NCBI GenBank assembly: GCA_964632485.1
Contig: CAZWDO010000005.1
Span: 146,249-210,248, forward strand
DNA: 64,000 nt
Source of the DNA: an uncultured bacterium
GTDB taxonomy: Bacteria; JAGOEH01
Direction: 5' to 3'
The position numbers and the translations under genes are program-made. Positions 29,816 to 43,252 of this stretch are shown in pieces. The notes below the pieces were generated by a model. That model did no database searches and was not told the origin of the DNA. It saw only the letters and a list, made by a program, of their open reading frames with translations. Position 1 is the first letter of the stretch. Every line of letters starts with the position of its first letter.

Positions 29816-31354
29816 ATGAACAAGATTAAAATTGCAATTATAGGCGCAGGCCCCGGAGGTCTTACTGCGGGTATGATACTGCAGCGCCGTGGTTTTGACG
29901 TTACAATTTTTGAAAAATCTGACAAAGTCGGAGGCAGAAACTCACCTATAGAGATCAATGGATATACATTTGACACTGGCCCGACGTTCTTGATGATGTA
30001 TTTCATACTACAGGAGATGTTTGAGGAAACCGGCAGGAAAGCCGAAGATTATTTTAAAGCGCACAAGCTCGACCCTATGTACAGACTGAAATTCTTTGAG
30101 AATGAGATACTAGTGACTGACAACCACAATAAGATGGAAATGGAAATATCTCGCGAGTTCCCTGGTGAAGAAAAAAAATTCAAAGAGTACCTTAAAAATG
30201 AAGAAAAAAGGCTAAAGTACCTTTTCCCCTGCCTGCAGAAGCCCTATTCATCTATATTTGACATGCTGAAGAACCCCCTTCTTAAAGCGATGCCACACCT
30301 TGATATTAATAAAAACATCTATAATGTGATTAGCAAATACTTTCAAAGCGAAAATCTAAAATTTACATTTATGTTCCAATCAAAATACCTCGGCATGTCC
30401 GCATGGGAGTGCCCAGCCGCTTTTGCAATGGTAGCTTTTATCGAACACAAATGGGGTATATACCATATAATCGGCGGGCTGAATAAAATTTCAGCGGCAA
30501 TGGCGAAGGTATTTATGGAGGAGGGTGGAACACTGAAGCTTAACACACCTGTAAAGAGCCTTATAAACAAAGGAAGAAGTGTAAAAGGCGTAGAATTGGC
30601 AGACGGCTCTGCTATAGATGCTGATGAAGTAATTGTTAATGCTGATTTTTCTTATGCCGCCGTTTCACTGATGGAAAAAAAATACGTTAATAAGTATCAG
30701 CCCGAGAAACTGGCGAAGAGAAAATATTCCTGTTCCACTTTTATGCTTTATTTGGGTGTAAAAAAGAAATACAATTTTCCTCATCATAATGTTTTTTTCG
30801 CAAAAGACTACCGACGTAACGTCGATGATATTTTCACTCGACTTACGCTATCAGACCAAATATCTTTTTACATTCAGAATGCTTCAATAGTTGATTCCAC
30901 TCTCGCGCCGGAAGGAAAATCAGCCATCTATGTATTAGTGCCCGTCGCGAACCTTAAGGCGGACATTGACTGGAACAAGGAAAAGGATGCCTTTAAGAAA
31001 AGGGTGCTTGAAGAGATTGTAACGAGGACTGAAATGAAAGATTTGTTAGAAAATATAGAAGTTGAAAAAGTTTATACGCCCGAAACATGGCGAGACGAGC
31101 TGAACGTATATTACGGAGCAACATTTAACTTGGGACATAATCTCACCCAGATGCTATACTTAAGGCCGAGGAACAAATTTGAGTGTTTTAAAAATACATA
31201 CCTGGTCGGTGGCGGAACACACCCGGGAAGCGGGCTACCTACTATTTATGAAAGCGGAAGAATAGCCGCCAATATGATATGCGAAAAGTATGGAGTGCAA
31301 TTTAAAAAACCGTCAAGCCTTGAAGACAAACTTTTGAAATCTGAAAAAGAATAG
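29816..31354 (+). CDS. crtI: Phytoene desaturase family protein (CrtI/CrtN)
   Basis: IIGAGPGGL, GYTFDTGPTFLMM, QSKYLGMSAW, SCSTFMLYLG, LAPEGKS and YLVGGGTHPGSGLPTIYESG. Confidence 0.88.
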   Translation: MNKIKIAIIGAGPGGLTAGMILQRRGFDVTIFEKSDKVGGRNSPIEINGYTFDTGPTFLMMYFILQEMFEETGRKAEDYFKAHKLDPMYRLKFFENEILVTDNHNKMEMEISREFPGEEKKFKEYLKNEEKRLKYLFPCLQKPYSSIFDMLKNPLLKAMPHLDINKNIYNVISKYFQSENLKFTFMFQSKYLGMSAWECPAAFAMVAFIEHKWGIYHIIGGLNKISAAMAKVFMEEGGTLKLNTPVKSLINKGRSVKGVELADGSAIDADEVIVNADFSYAAVSLMEKKYVNKYQPEKLAKRKYSCSTFMLYLGVKKKYNFPHHNVFFAKDYRRNVDDIFTRLTLSDQISFYIQNASIVDSTLAPEGKSAIYVLVPVANLKADIDWNKEKDAFKKRVLEEIVTRTEMKDLLENIEVEKVYTPETWRDELNVYYGATFNLGHNLTQMLYLRPRNKFECFKNTYLVGGGTHPGSGLPTIYESGRIAANMICEKYGVQFKKPSSLEDKLLKSEKE

Positions 31355-31357
31355 TTG

Positions 31358-31374
31358 GTTTATTAGATTGCTCG
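31358..31374 (+). repeat. Right copy of the 17-bp direct repeat GTTTATTAGATTGCTCG
   Basis: Begins 4 nt after the crtI stop codon and matches 29767-29783 at 16 of 17 positions. Confidence 0.8.
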
Positions 31375-31714
31375 GAGTGTAAAAAGCAAGTGGACGCACA
31401 CTGTAATTTTAACTATTCTAAATTGTAGTAAAATAAACACACAACTCATGGCTTTAGCCCAATCCAGGAGGCGGTTGGTTTTCTTCCCCCTTTGTCCGGA
31501 TTGTAAACAAAGAAGAGAAGCTGTATCCAGGTTCTCTATTCGGACAAGGAAAGAAGAAGGCAGACCCCGTGGGAAAAAATACGGTTATTGGATTTATTGG
31601 GAAACCCCATACGGTAAATAAATTGAGCCAGTTAGTTAACTCACTCAATGGCAATAAGCTTTGATCAATATATGAGCCGGCGCGAGCTACCGGGAAAAGT
31701 ATAGGAACTTTTAG

Positions 31715-32971
31715 CTATTTGTTGGCAAAGTTATTAAGTAAGGGAGCATAAGACTGCGCTAAAAGGCGGAATTGTTCAAAAAGTGAATCGGAAATAAAAA
31801 TATCGCTGGGCGGATTCAGTTTCAGTGGGTTGATATAATTGCCATGGCGCCGGATACGGTAATCCAGATGAGCGCCGGTAGCCAATCCGGTAGCGCCGAC
31901 ATAGCCGATTTTTTCGCCCTGGGCAACTTTTACGCCACTGACAATTCCATCTTCAATCCGAGAAAGATGGCCATAAAGAGTTTCGTACCCATTCGCATGG
32001 CGAATCACCACGGCATTCCCATAATCTCCCATCCATCCCGACTGGATGATAACTCCCGCAGCGGTGCTCCAAACCGGAGTGCCGGCAGGAGCCGCGTAGT
32101 CAACACCCAGGTGCGGGCGAAAAATTTTCAATACGGGGTGAAAACGGTTGTACGTAAATCCCGATGAAATATGCCCGAATTTCAGAGGGCTTTTCAAAAA
32201 AAAGCGTTCCAGGGAACGGCCTTCCAAATCATAATAATGCCAATTACCCTCTTCCTCGCTAAAAAAAGCCATCGCGGTAAAATTACGTTGGCGATTGCGG
32301 AAATTAGCAAATTTTATCTTTCCATAGCGCATAAACCGAGCGCCAAAATAATATTTTTCAACCAGGCAATTGAAACAGTCGCCCGACTGGATATCACTAA
32401 AGAAATCGATCTGGCAGCTATAAATATCCGCCAGCATGGAAGCTAATTCCGGATTTTCATTATTCGCAAGCAATATATTGTACAAATTATCCTCAATAGT
32501 TCCCGAAACAATCTCTTCCCGGCGCTCCAGAGGAGCTTGCCATTGCCAGCTATAAATTTGGTTATCACGAATTTTTTCAAAAATATGAGCAATGAAGGAA
32601 GATTTCTTTATAACTAACTTAGAAATCATAGATTCACTACTGAGAAAAATATAGATCGAGTCGCCCGGGCGAACCTGTTTAAAAGTTTCCACCGCATCCT
32701 CCAAGTCCAGGAAGCGGTGAATTTCTCCGGGTGTGGCGCCGGATTGCAGTAAAATATCATAAATAAATTCATTTTTTTTTATTTTATGTGAAACACATCT
32801 GGTATAATTATTGGGCCCCATGGCTTCATTGCTGATAGAGATGGTATTTTTCGCATTTAAAAGCGACAATTTCTGCTGATTTGCCGTAAGAATATGATAG
32901 ACAAAGGCTCCGATCACGAGTGAACTTATAAGGATCAATGGAATTGAATGCCTTCTATTAATTTTAATCAT
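31715..32971 (-). CDS. M23 family peptidoglycan DD-endopeptidase (MepM-like)
   Basis: N-terminal TM helix, PHLGVDYAAPAGTPV, YGHLS and TGAHLDYR. Start placed at ATG 32971. Confidence 0.92.
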   Translation of the reverse strand: MIKINRRHSIPLILISSLVIGAFVYHILTANQQKLSLLNAKNTISISNEAMGPNNYTRCVSHKIKKNEFIYDILLQSGATPGEIHRFLDLEDAVETFKQVRPGDSIYIFLSSESMISKLVIKKSSFIAHIFEKIRDNQIYSWQWQAPLERREEIVSGTIEDNLYNILLANNENPELASMLADIYSCQIDFFSDIQSGDCFNCLVEKYYFGARFMRYGKIKFANFRNRQRNFTAMAFFSEEEGNWHYYDLEGRSLERFFLKSPLKFGHISSGFTYNRFHPVLKIFRPHLGVDYAAPAGTPVWSTAAGVIIQSGWMGDYGNAVVIRHANGYETLYGHLSRIEDGIVSGVKVAQGEKIGYVGATGLATGAHLDYRIRRHGNYINPLKLNPPSDIFISDSLFEQFRLLAQSYAPLLNNFANK

Positions 32972-33386
32972 CGTCCTTCCTTTCTTTTTGCTTGAAGTTA
33001 ACCGAATCTTTATCATAATAGCGATAGACTTTTTCATCTTTCCGAACCATGCCCAATTTTTCGCGGGCAATTTTTTCTATATATTTAGGATCATAAATAA
33101 GGCGTTTTTCTTCCAATTGTAAACTATCGTATTGTTTTTTGAGTATTAGAAGGCTATCTTGCAAGTGGGAAATCTGTTGATTAAGGCCGCGGCGTTTCAA
33201 ACAACTGCTGTCGCCGCAAATCAGATTATAGATAATAATCAGGGATAGACTCCAAAAAACAATATTGATCCAGCGAAAGCGCATATTATCGGGAGCGCGT
33301 CCGGAAGAAACGGGAGAAGCAGAGTTTTGGGGATGTTTAAAAAACGCTGAAAATTTTTTGGAGCCGAATGGATTGGTTACCATCAA
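32964..33386 (-). CDS. ftsB: Septum formation initiator FtsB/DivIC
   Basis: TM helix, coiled coil and DPKYIEKIAREKLGMVRKDEKVY. The start is uncertain (33386 or 33284). Confidence 0.85.
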   Translation of the reverse strand: MMVTNPFGSKKFSAFFKHPQNSASPVSSGRAPDNMRFRWINIVFWSLSLIIIYNLICGDSSCLKRRGLNQQISHLQDSLLILKKQYDSLQLEEKRLIYDPKYIEKIAREKLGMVRKDEKVYRYYDKDSVNFKQKERKDDD

Positions 33387-34588
33387 TAGAAGCCCCGTCG
33401 GGTTCCCCAGGTTTCAAGGCCACTGAAAGATATTAAAAAGCGCCAGACGGTTTCCTGGACGCCGAAGGTATCAATGTTCCCCCGCCGGCCAAATTGGACA
33501 GCAAAATTTACAGCATGGAAATCGGATTTCATGGGTAAGGTAGCCCCCAGCGTAAGGCCGATTTCACGTAACGGATCACCCGCGCTCGATTCGATGCCGA
33601 TCGCTTGCCAATAAATACCGCCACGCCAACTGATTCTTTGTTTGTAAGTTGCTAAAAAATCGTAATTTCGGCTCCGTTCGATTCCCAAACCAATTTGCCA
33701 GAAATCGCTGGCGCGGTTCTGAATGTTGCTCTCGAAAACCAGCCCCTTGGTTGCGCCTTCATACTGGCCATCCATGGTTAATTGCCATTTAGGAGTTACC
33801 TTCCAAGTGATACCCACCCCGAAACGCTGGCCGAGATCAATCTTATTATCGCCGACTTCAATATCGCTTTCCAATGGAATATCATTACTACGACTTACGG
33901 TTATTTCCTTTGCTGGAGAGTAGTATCCACCCAGCCAAATCGAGCTGTCAACAGGAACTGTGAAACTCAGCATCAGATTTTGTCCGCTAAAGCGCGATAC
34001 ATAATTGGCATAACCATCGCTGAAAAACGTATCGTTAAAATCGAACCGTTTATAGAGTTCGGAAGCGCCAAAATACCATACCAGACTGGTTGCCAGCAGA
34101 TAGCGCTGTTTAATACGGAACGCTAAAAAAATATTACCCGATTGTAAACCGCCTTTTTTAGTCAATTCCGAATTAAAAGCAATGGTATCATTGGTAATAA
34201 TCTGGTCGGTGATTCGAATCGAAAAATAGTTTTGATATAAATTCTGGTATTCCAATCCCAGTTTAAGGTATTTTTTAAGTGAAACAACAAATCGGAAACT
34301 GGGTAAATAATAATTAATATGCAATCCGGAACCCTGATTGTTTTTCAAAGTCAAATAGTCACCGGTTACCGCGACATAGATGAGCGTTCTATCGGTCATT
34401 CCCGTCAATGATTGATTAAAAGGGTGCTGATTGTGAGGTGAAATCAGCGACAAACCGGTATTTCCCGCTCCCATGCCATAGACGCCAGAGTGATTGGAGG
34501 GATCGCCCAGGGAATTAAGTGTAAAATAGGAACTCGCCTGTAGAGAACATAGAAAGAAAAAGAGTAAATAAAGAATCCGGTTAATCAT
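33383..34588 (-). CDS. Outer-membrane beta-barrel protein (FadL/OmpP1-like)
   Basis: Signal peptide, an N-terminal GMGAGNTGL hatch-like segment, amphipathic strands and a C-terminal ETW. Confidence 0.65.
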   Translation of the reverse strand: MINRILYLLFFFLCSLQASSYFTLNSLGDPSNHSGVYGMGAGNTGLSLISPHNQHPFNQSLTGMTDRTLIYVAVTGDYLTLKNNQGSGLHINYYLPSFRFVVSLKKYLKLGLEYQNLYQNYFSIRITDQIITNDTIAFNSELTKKGGLQSGNIFLAFRIKQRYLLATSLVWYFGASELYKRFDFNDTFFSDGYANYVSRFSGQNLMLSFTVPVDSSIWLGGYYSPAKEITVSRSNDIPLESDIEVGDNKIDLGQRFGVGITWKVTPKWQLTMDGQYEGATKGLVFESNIQNRASDFWQIGLGIERSRNYDFLATYKQRISWRGGIYWQAIGIESSAGDPLREIGLTLGATLPMKSDFHAVNFAVQFGRRGNIDTFGVQETVWRFLISFSGLETWGTRRGFY

Positions 34589-35757
34589 GTTGCGACTCCT
34601 CGGTCAAAGGCACTGAATAGTTAAGAATCAGACGGGGCAGCAAAGTGGAATCTAAGTTATCCTGGGCGCTGAGCTTAAGATATCCCAGATGAGCTTCGCT
34701 ATAGCTGTAGCGGACCAGGGCTCCCAGATTTTGAATACTGTCAGCCCAAGTCACCCATTGCTGCATCAATGTATTCAGCTTAAACTCAGCCAGTCCCCCA
34801 CTATANNNNNNNNNNAATAAACGTGTAATAAGACGAATCGGTTTCTCGCCAATCGGCCCGGGTTACCTGATAAGCGCTAATATTAAAACCGGGCGCAAAG
34901 GATTCCTCCTCCTGATATGGGATTTGCAATTTCGCGCGGTAAAAAAGCGTATATTTTGTAAACGCCTTCTCAGCCAGAGGGAAATGCAAATAGAGCTGTC
35001 CATCCATTATTGAAGTTATATAGCGATCAGCCAGATTGTTGTCATGGGAAAAAAGCGTTTTGCTATACGAAAAATACGTGAGCATCAGCGAATCCCGCTC
35101 ATCCCGATACGATAGGCGGGGCGAATATTCACTGTAGGAAACACCCAAATAACTCGAATACCCGGTACCGGCAAATTCATAGGATTGAGAAGACCAGGGA
35201 GAAGATAAGGAAAGGAGAAAATTTAACTGCAACGTATCCTCTCCCCCCATCAACCAGGATGTTCCCCCAACGGGAATAGCGCTTAAGATCAGGGAATCTC
35301 CAAAATCTTCCTGTACAGCGCCGGAATAGATTGGAGTTGTTAAATCAAAATATTCATTAAAATTGCTATCGGTCAGATCACCCACGGTTAAAAAGCGGGT
35401 TCCCTGGAAAATTTGAATATCAAACGGCTGAAAAACAGAATCCTGGGCGAAAACTTTCCGCAGTTTTAAATCAAATGTTTGAAAATCAAGAGAATCGATG
35501 GGTAAAATTGTTTGAAATCCTAAATAGAGCCACGTATGAAAAAAATCATTGCGGGCAAGATACATCTTAGGGAGCAGATGCGTACGATTGGCAGCCGAAA
35601 AAACGAAAATCGAATCAGGATAGAGTGTATCACTCTGCATTTCACCCAGAAAAACGGGAAAATCGACGCCGTTGATGACCTGGTTATCATCACTGCTGCA
35701 AGCTACGATCAGTAATGTGAGAGCGCCCAGCAGAGCGAAAATGATGGATCGGATCAT
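34581..35757 (-). CDS. Hypothetical lipoprotein (spans the gap at 34806-34815)
   Basis: Lipobox IVAC. The frame continues after the gap to PRLILNYS. Confidence 0.7.
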
Positions 35758-35770
35758 GATTCCTCCATGG

Positions 35771-37230
35771 CTAATTGACGTGTAAATCGAACCAATGAAA
35801 AAAGATGGCGAAAATCAACATCGCAGCGCAACTACTGATAAAGTTCACCCAATGATTATTTATAAATCGCCAGCCTTGACTCAGTGATGTTTGTTGATGA
35901 CAGTGTTTAGAAAATTCAACAGGATGATTGCATACGGGGCAAATGTAACGGGCCTGGATTGTAGCTCCCAATATACTATCGACAATCTGCCCTAACCATG
36001 CGGAAAACCCGATTAATACAATAACCAACCAGGAAACCGATGGATAAACCAAACGTAGAAATACTGGAACAATCAGCCCTCCGGCAACGGCCATGAGTAA
36101 CCCCCGGGCGCTGACCGCGCCTGAAAGACCATGCGCAACGGGTTTGAAACTTAAAATACTATAAGCAGAGGATTTGCCAACCATCCCCAGTTCAGAGGCC
36201 CAGGTATCAGCGGTCATGGCAGCAATAGCCGCCATATAACAATATAACCAATATAGTTCGTGGGTCTGATTATAAAAAAATGCCGGGAGGAGAGCGATAC
36301 TCGCATTGGCAAATACCTGAAAAACATTGCGGCCGGATACTTCTTGCCAATGAGTCAATTCAGTTTTTAAATCTTTCTTCCATTGGCTTAGGAAAGAACC
36401 GCTGAAAAAGAAAAAAAGCAGAGGGAAAATCCAAAACCAATCAGTCAGAAAAAGAATGGTCGTTCCCAGAAAAAAAGCGGCAATATTCCCTCCCAAATCG
36501 AGCCAGCGATTACGCCAGGCCAAATACACAATCAGAAAGCAAATCATAATACCGACAAACAGCCTTGTTCCGGCAATAATTGGGGTCTCAATGGCCGTCT
36601 GATAAAAAAAGGAGGCGAAAACAGGGACTGTAAGGTTATCGATCCCCCCGACACTCAACGCTTCGACCAACGTCAGTAATAACGCAATCATAAGCGCCAG
36701 CCAAAGGGATGGCAGAAAGGGAAGGGCAAACAGGAATACCAACGCCAGAGCGCCGATCAACCCACTTGCTATGAAAAAGATGAAACTTCCGGTAATTGTT
36801 TTAGGCTCACACAGTATGACAGATGGAATTCCACCACGAAAACGACCCACAATTCCGGCCAGGCTGTCACTGATAACCATGATTAAAAAAGAAGTCAGAA
36901 TCAATTCGCGAAAGGCATAGCCCCAATAGAGAATCAAGAATATAAATGCCAGCGGAAAAAAAATGGTTCCCCAATTATGCTCAAGATTGGACATTGCTAC
37001 ATGGTTACGGCGAAAAATATCCCACCCATTGATCGCCACAAACGCTACTCCCAATAAGACCAGCCAAGTCCAGTCCCGGAACAGATAAAGCAAGCCGCAA
37101 ACAATCAATCCAACCAGAATGTGGATAATTTTTCGAGCCAAAAAAGTATCCGTGATAATCCGGTTGACAAAATGAACGACAAGCTTGATCACCGCCAGGG
37201 ATATTAAAAACCAGAGTAGTTCAAACCCCA

Positions 37231-37231
<1 letters not shown>
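35771..37231 (-). CDS. Phytol/dolichol-kinase-like (CTP-transferase family) domain fused to DUF92/TMEM19
   Basis: N-terminal half has RKIIHI, SDSLAGIVG, KTITGS and GIDNLTVP. C-terminal half has RNVFQVFAN, ADTWASELG, GLSGAVS, DSILGATIQ and NHWVN. Confidence 0.85.
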
Positions 37232-39426
<2,195 letters not shown>

Positions 39427-39434
<8 letters not shown>

Positions 39435-40251
39435 GGGAGACTCCCTTTGAAGAGGGAGTTTGATGGCGCGTTGCGCCGATGATTCCGCGGGTGGCATGTT
39501 CAATAAACGAGACAATCGACTGGATATCGGGATCATCGAGGGGTTGATTGGCTTTAATTTCACGGAGAGCTTGTGAAACATTCAAATGGGACTGATAGAG
39601 GATACGATAGGTTTTCCGGATGCTGTTAATGCGATCGCTGGAGAACCCCTTGCGTTTCAGACCGATCAGGTTGAGACCTTTATAGGCCAGCGGTTCTCCG
39701 GCAGCGGTTAAAAATGGCGGAACGTCTTTACTGACTCTCCAGCCGCCGCCGATAATGGAATAAGCGCCAATATGAACAAATTGATGAACCGGCACCATCC
39801 CACCGAGTATTACATCATGAGCGACATCAACATGACCGGCCATTTGCACACCGCCGGCGATAATTGCCCGATCGCCGATGCGGCAATCATGAGCTATATG
39901 GACCAACCCCATGATCAGAACATCACTACCAATCACAGTTTCACACGTCGCCGTCGTTCCCCTGTTTATGTCGGCGAACTCACGGATCACTGTCCGCGCT
40001 CCGACGCGCAGACAGGTTCGTTCCCCCTTGTATTTTAAATCCTGGGGGGGCGTGCCCAATACTACATGATGATGAATATGGCAATTTTCAGCAATTTCCG
40101 TATAATCATCAATCACGCAGTGGCTACCGATGACCGTATCGGGTCCGATGCGAACCTCTTTGCCAATGATCGTATAGGGGCCAATTTGCACATTATCCGA
40201 CAATATAACGGAATCATCTATAATTGCGGTAGGATCTATTTTATGCGCCAT
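39427..40251 (-). CDS. lpxA: UDP-N-acetylglucosamine acyltransferase
   Basis: Hexapeptide repeats, PQDLKYKGE, HIAHDC, VHQF and GLNLIGLKR. Confidence 0.95.
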
Positions 40252-40271
40252 TATGAGTTCTCCAAATGAGG

Positions 40272-41684
40272 TTAACTTTTGCTTAGCGGCCGGTCAACAA
40301 TTGCAGCCGTTAACGTCGCTTCGCAAACCAGATCATTGCTGACATACGCTTTGGCCTCGATGCGGGCGGAACCCAGGCGAAACTTGAGTAATTCCACTTC
40401 AAAGCGAATCTGGTCTCCCGGATAGACGGGTTTACGAAACCGCGCTTCTTCAATTTTACTGAACAAAGCCAGTTTTTTTTGGTTTTCGTCAAGCGAATTC
40501 AATAGTAAAAAACCGCCGACCTGGGCCATAGCTTCCACAATTAAAACTCCGGGCATGATTGGAATTCCCGGGAAATGGCCCTGAAAAAAGGGCTCATTGA
40601 TCGATACATTTTTTATTCCGACGATATGTTTGCCAGGTTCCATATCAATAATGCGATCCACTAAAAGAAACGGATAGCGATGCGGAAGGATATCCATGAT
40701 CGATTTGATATCGAAGAAAAAATTACCCGGTTGAATATTGCTGAATTTAGTTTTAATTTGTTTTTTCCGATAGACTGATCGAAGCATTTTAACCAATTCC
40801 ACATTGGCATGATGTCCGGAACGCGCCGCCAGGATATGGGCCTTGAGGGGCGCGCCGATGAGCGACAAATCACCAATAAGATCGACGACTTTGTGTCGGA
40901 CCGGTTCATTGTAAAAACGGAGGGGTTGATTATTGAGCACCCCATTCCGACTGGGTTCGATCTCGGTACGCAATCCAAATTTATCCTTAATCATACGTTG
41001 CTCGTCAGCGCTAAGTTCGCGGTCAATAATCACCAGAGCGTTATCCAAATTGCCTCCGCGAGCCAAGCCATGCTGCCAAAGCGTTTCTACTTCCGAAAGG
41101 AAACAGAAGGTCCGAGCCGCAGCAAATTCCGTTGCAAATTCACCCAAATGATACATTGAGGTATATTGAGTACCCAGCGCCGGGTTGCGATAATCCACCA
41201 TAAAGGTGATTCGAAAATCCTCTGCTGGCATGACGACGATATCGATATGCTTTTCAGGGTCTGAGTAAGCCAGGGTTTCCTCAATCACTAAATAATCCTT
41301 TGGCGAGGATTGCTCCACAAAGTCAACTTTTTTCAGGGCCTGGACGAAGGGTTGAGCGGAACCGTCCAGCACGGGGGGCTCCTCTGCATCGACTTCCACA
41401 ATTATATTATCGATTTCGAGTCCATAAATAGCGGCAAGAACATGCTCAACCGTATAGAGCCGAACCTTGCCAATACCCAGTGTGGTTCCCCGCAGTATAT
41501 CGACGACATGTTCAATATCAGCGGGAATGACAGGCCGTTCCGGCAGATCAGTGCGTACAAAACGTATTCCGCTGTTGATATCGGCGGGTCTGAAAGTAAG
41601 AGTTGACTGGCAGCCACGGTGTAATCCAATGCCGGATAATGATATTTCGCCGGCGATGGTACGTTGATTTTGCAGCATATTCAA
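40272..41684 (-). CDS. lpxC: Bifunctional LpxC-FabZ
   Basis: TVEHVLAA and HKVVDLIGD (LpxC), followed by [11 protein letters not shown] and [19 protein letters not shown] (FabZ). Confidence 0.96.
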   Translation of the reverse strand: MNMLQNQRTIAGEISLSGIGLHRGCQSTLTFRPADINSGIRFVRTDLPERPVIPADIEHVVDILRGTTLGIGKVRLYTVEHVLAAIYGLEIDNIIVEVDAEEPPVLDGSAQPFVQALKKVDFVEQSSPKDYLVIEETLAYSDPEKHIDIVVMPAEDFRITFMVDYRNPALGTQYTSMYHLGEFATEFAAARTFCFLSEVETLWQHGLARGGNLDNALVIIDRELSADEQRMIKDKFGLRTEIEPSRNGVLNNQPLRFYNEPVRHKVVDLIGDLSLIGAPLKAHILAARSGHHANVELVKMLRSVYRKKQIKTKFSNIQPGNFFFDIKSIMDILPHRYPFLLVDRIIDMEPGKHIVGIKNVSINEPFFQGHFPGIPIMPGVLIVEAMAQVGGFLLLNSLDENQKKLALFSKIEEARFRKPVYPGDQIRFEVELLKFRLGSARIEAKAYVSNDLVCEATLTAAIVDRPLSKS

Positions 41685-41694
41685 ATCCTTTAGC

Positions 41695-42735
41695 TTAGTC
41701 TTTAAAAGAAATTTTCAATTCCCTGGCAACTTTGCGTAACAAACGGATATAATCTGGAAGTTGGCTGATAATCGCTTCAATGCGGCGGGCTTGCATAATG
41801 GGCCGGGCGGGCGATCCCAGCACGACACTCTCGTCTGGTAAATTTTTATGAAGACCCGACTGGGCGGCGACCATCACTCGGTCCCCCGTTGAGATATGTC
41901 CGGCAAATCCGACCTGACCGCCAATCATATTAGCCGAACCGATATGAACGCTGCCGGAAATGCCCGTTTGCGCGGCAATTACTGTATTAGCGCCGATCAC
42001 TACATTATGCCCGACCTGGATCAGGTTATCCAGCTTGGCGCCCTTGCAAATACGAGTTTCACCCAAAACAGCCCGGTCAATCGTCACATTTGCCCCGATC
42101 TCCACGTCATCTTCTAAAATAACCTTGCCCAATTGGGGAATTTTATAAAAATAGCGCGATTCATCCGGAGCGAAACCAAAACCATCGCTCCCAATGACTG
42201 TACCACTATGAACAATGACACGATTGCCGATTTCCGTGGCATAGCGTATGACGACATTGGCATAGATTATCGATTCTTCGCCAATAACCACATCATCTTC
42301 CAGCGTACAATTGGGGTAGATGACACTCCCCTGGCCGATACGCGCATTTGCCCCAATATAAACGCCCGGGTAAATGGCGACGCGTTCCCCGATCACTGCC
42401 GAAGGGTCAATCGTCGCCCGGGCTGAAATCTCACGCAGCGGTTTAGGACTGGTATCCATGGCCTGCAGCACCCGAGCAAAAGCCAGGTAGGGATTTTCCA
42501 CGACAATCACTGTTAAATCAGTACGATGCTCCAGAAGTCGCTGATAATCACCAGGCTTCATCATTACTGCGCCGGCTTGAGTCGTCAGGCACTGTTTGAA
42601 ATAGCGGTCATTGGCCAAAAAAGTCAATTCTTCAGGACCGGCGGATTCCAATGTGTTGACACGGGCAATCGTTTTCCCCTCGGTTCCACTAAACAGTTCG
42701 CCATTCACCAGTTGTACAATCAATTTTAAATCCAT
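41695..42735 (-). CDS. lpxD: UDP-3-O-acylglucosamine N-acyltransferase
   Basis: NPYLAFA, GSDGFGF, KIPQLG and [11 protein letters not shown]. Confidence 0.96.
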   Translation of the reverse strand: MDLKLIVQLVNGELFSGTEGKTIARVNTLESAGPEELTFLANDRYFKQCLTTQAGAVMMKPGDYQRLLEHRTDLTVIVVENPYLAFARVLQAMDTSPKPLREISARATIDPSAVIGERVAIYPGVYIGANARIGQGSVIYPNCTLEDDVVIGEESIIYANVVIRYATEIGNRVIVHSGTVIGSDGFGFAPDESRYFYKIPQLGKVILEDDVEIGANVTIDRAVLGETRICKGAKLDNLIQVGHNVVIGANTVIAAQTGISGSVHIGSANMIGGQVGFAGHISTGDRVMVAAQSGLHKNLPDESVVLGSPARPIMQARRIEAIISQLPDYIRLLRKVARELKISFKD

Positions 42736-42739
42736 ATAT

Positions 42740-43252
42740 TTATTCCAGTTTTTGTGTAAGCTTTTTTATGACTTCCTGGGTTAAATTCGTTTCTTGCTGG
42801 GCGTAAACAACATTAGCTTGATAAACATCAAAAACCATCGTGTATTTCTGTTCCACAGCAACGTCTTTGATAACTGATAAAATTCTATCTGTTATCGGTT
42901 TGGTCAATTCCTTCTCCCGTTGGAAAATTTTTCCGTTCTCACCCCATATCTCATTAAGATACTGCTGATAGACCATCTGTTTTTCCTGGACCTGGAGATC
43001 ATATTCCTTGACTTTTTGCGGATTAAGCAACAAGCGTTTTTTTTCCACTTCAATTTTCATATCCTCAATCTCTTTTTTCATCTCCCGGGCCTTGCTTTCC
43101 CATTCACTCGTTTCTTTTTTTAACGTTTCCTCCGCTTCCTGATATTCTTTCAATTGGGTACGAATTTCAAAAGTATTTACATACCCTATTTTTTCCGCAT
43201 GCAGAACCGCAAGTAAAAACATTAAGAGGGACAGGGGTTTTAAAAATCGCAT
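42740..43252 (-). CDS. skp: OmpH/Skp periplasmic chaperone
   Basis: Signal peptide, KIGYVN, coiled coil and YTMVFD. Located between bamA and lpxD. Confidence 0.9.
   Translation of the reverse strand: MRFLKPLSLLMFLLAVLHAEKIGYVNTFEIRTQLKEYQEAEETLKKETSEWESKAREMKKEIEDMKIEVEKKRLLLNPQKVKEYDLQVQEKQMVYQQYLNEIWGENGKIFQREKELTKPITDRILSVIKDVAVEQKYTMVFDVYQANVVYAQQETNLTQEVIKKLTQKLE

Noticed and set aside
31454..31654. 66-aa minus-strand ORF after the M23 gene
   Set aside because: No RBS, motif or recognisable family. It cannot be supported as a gene.
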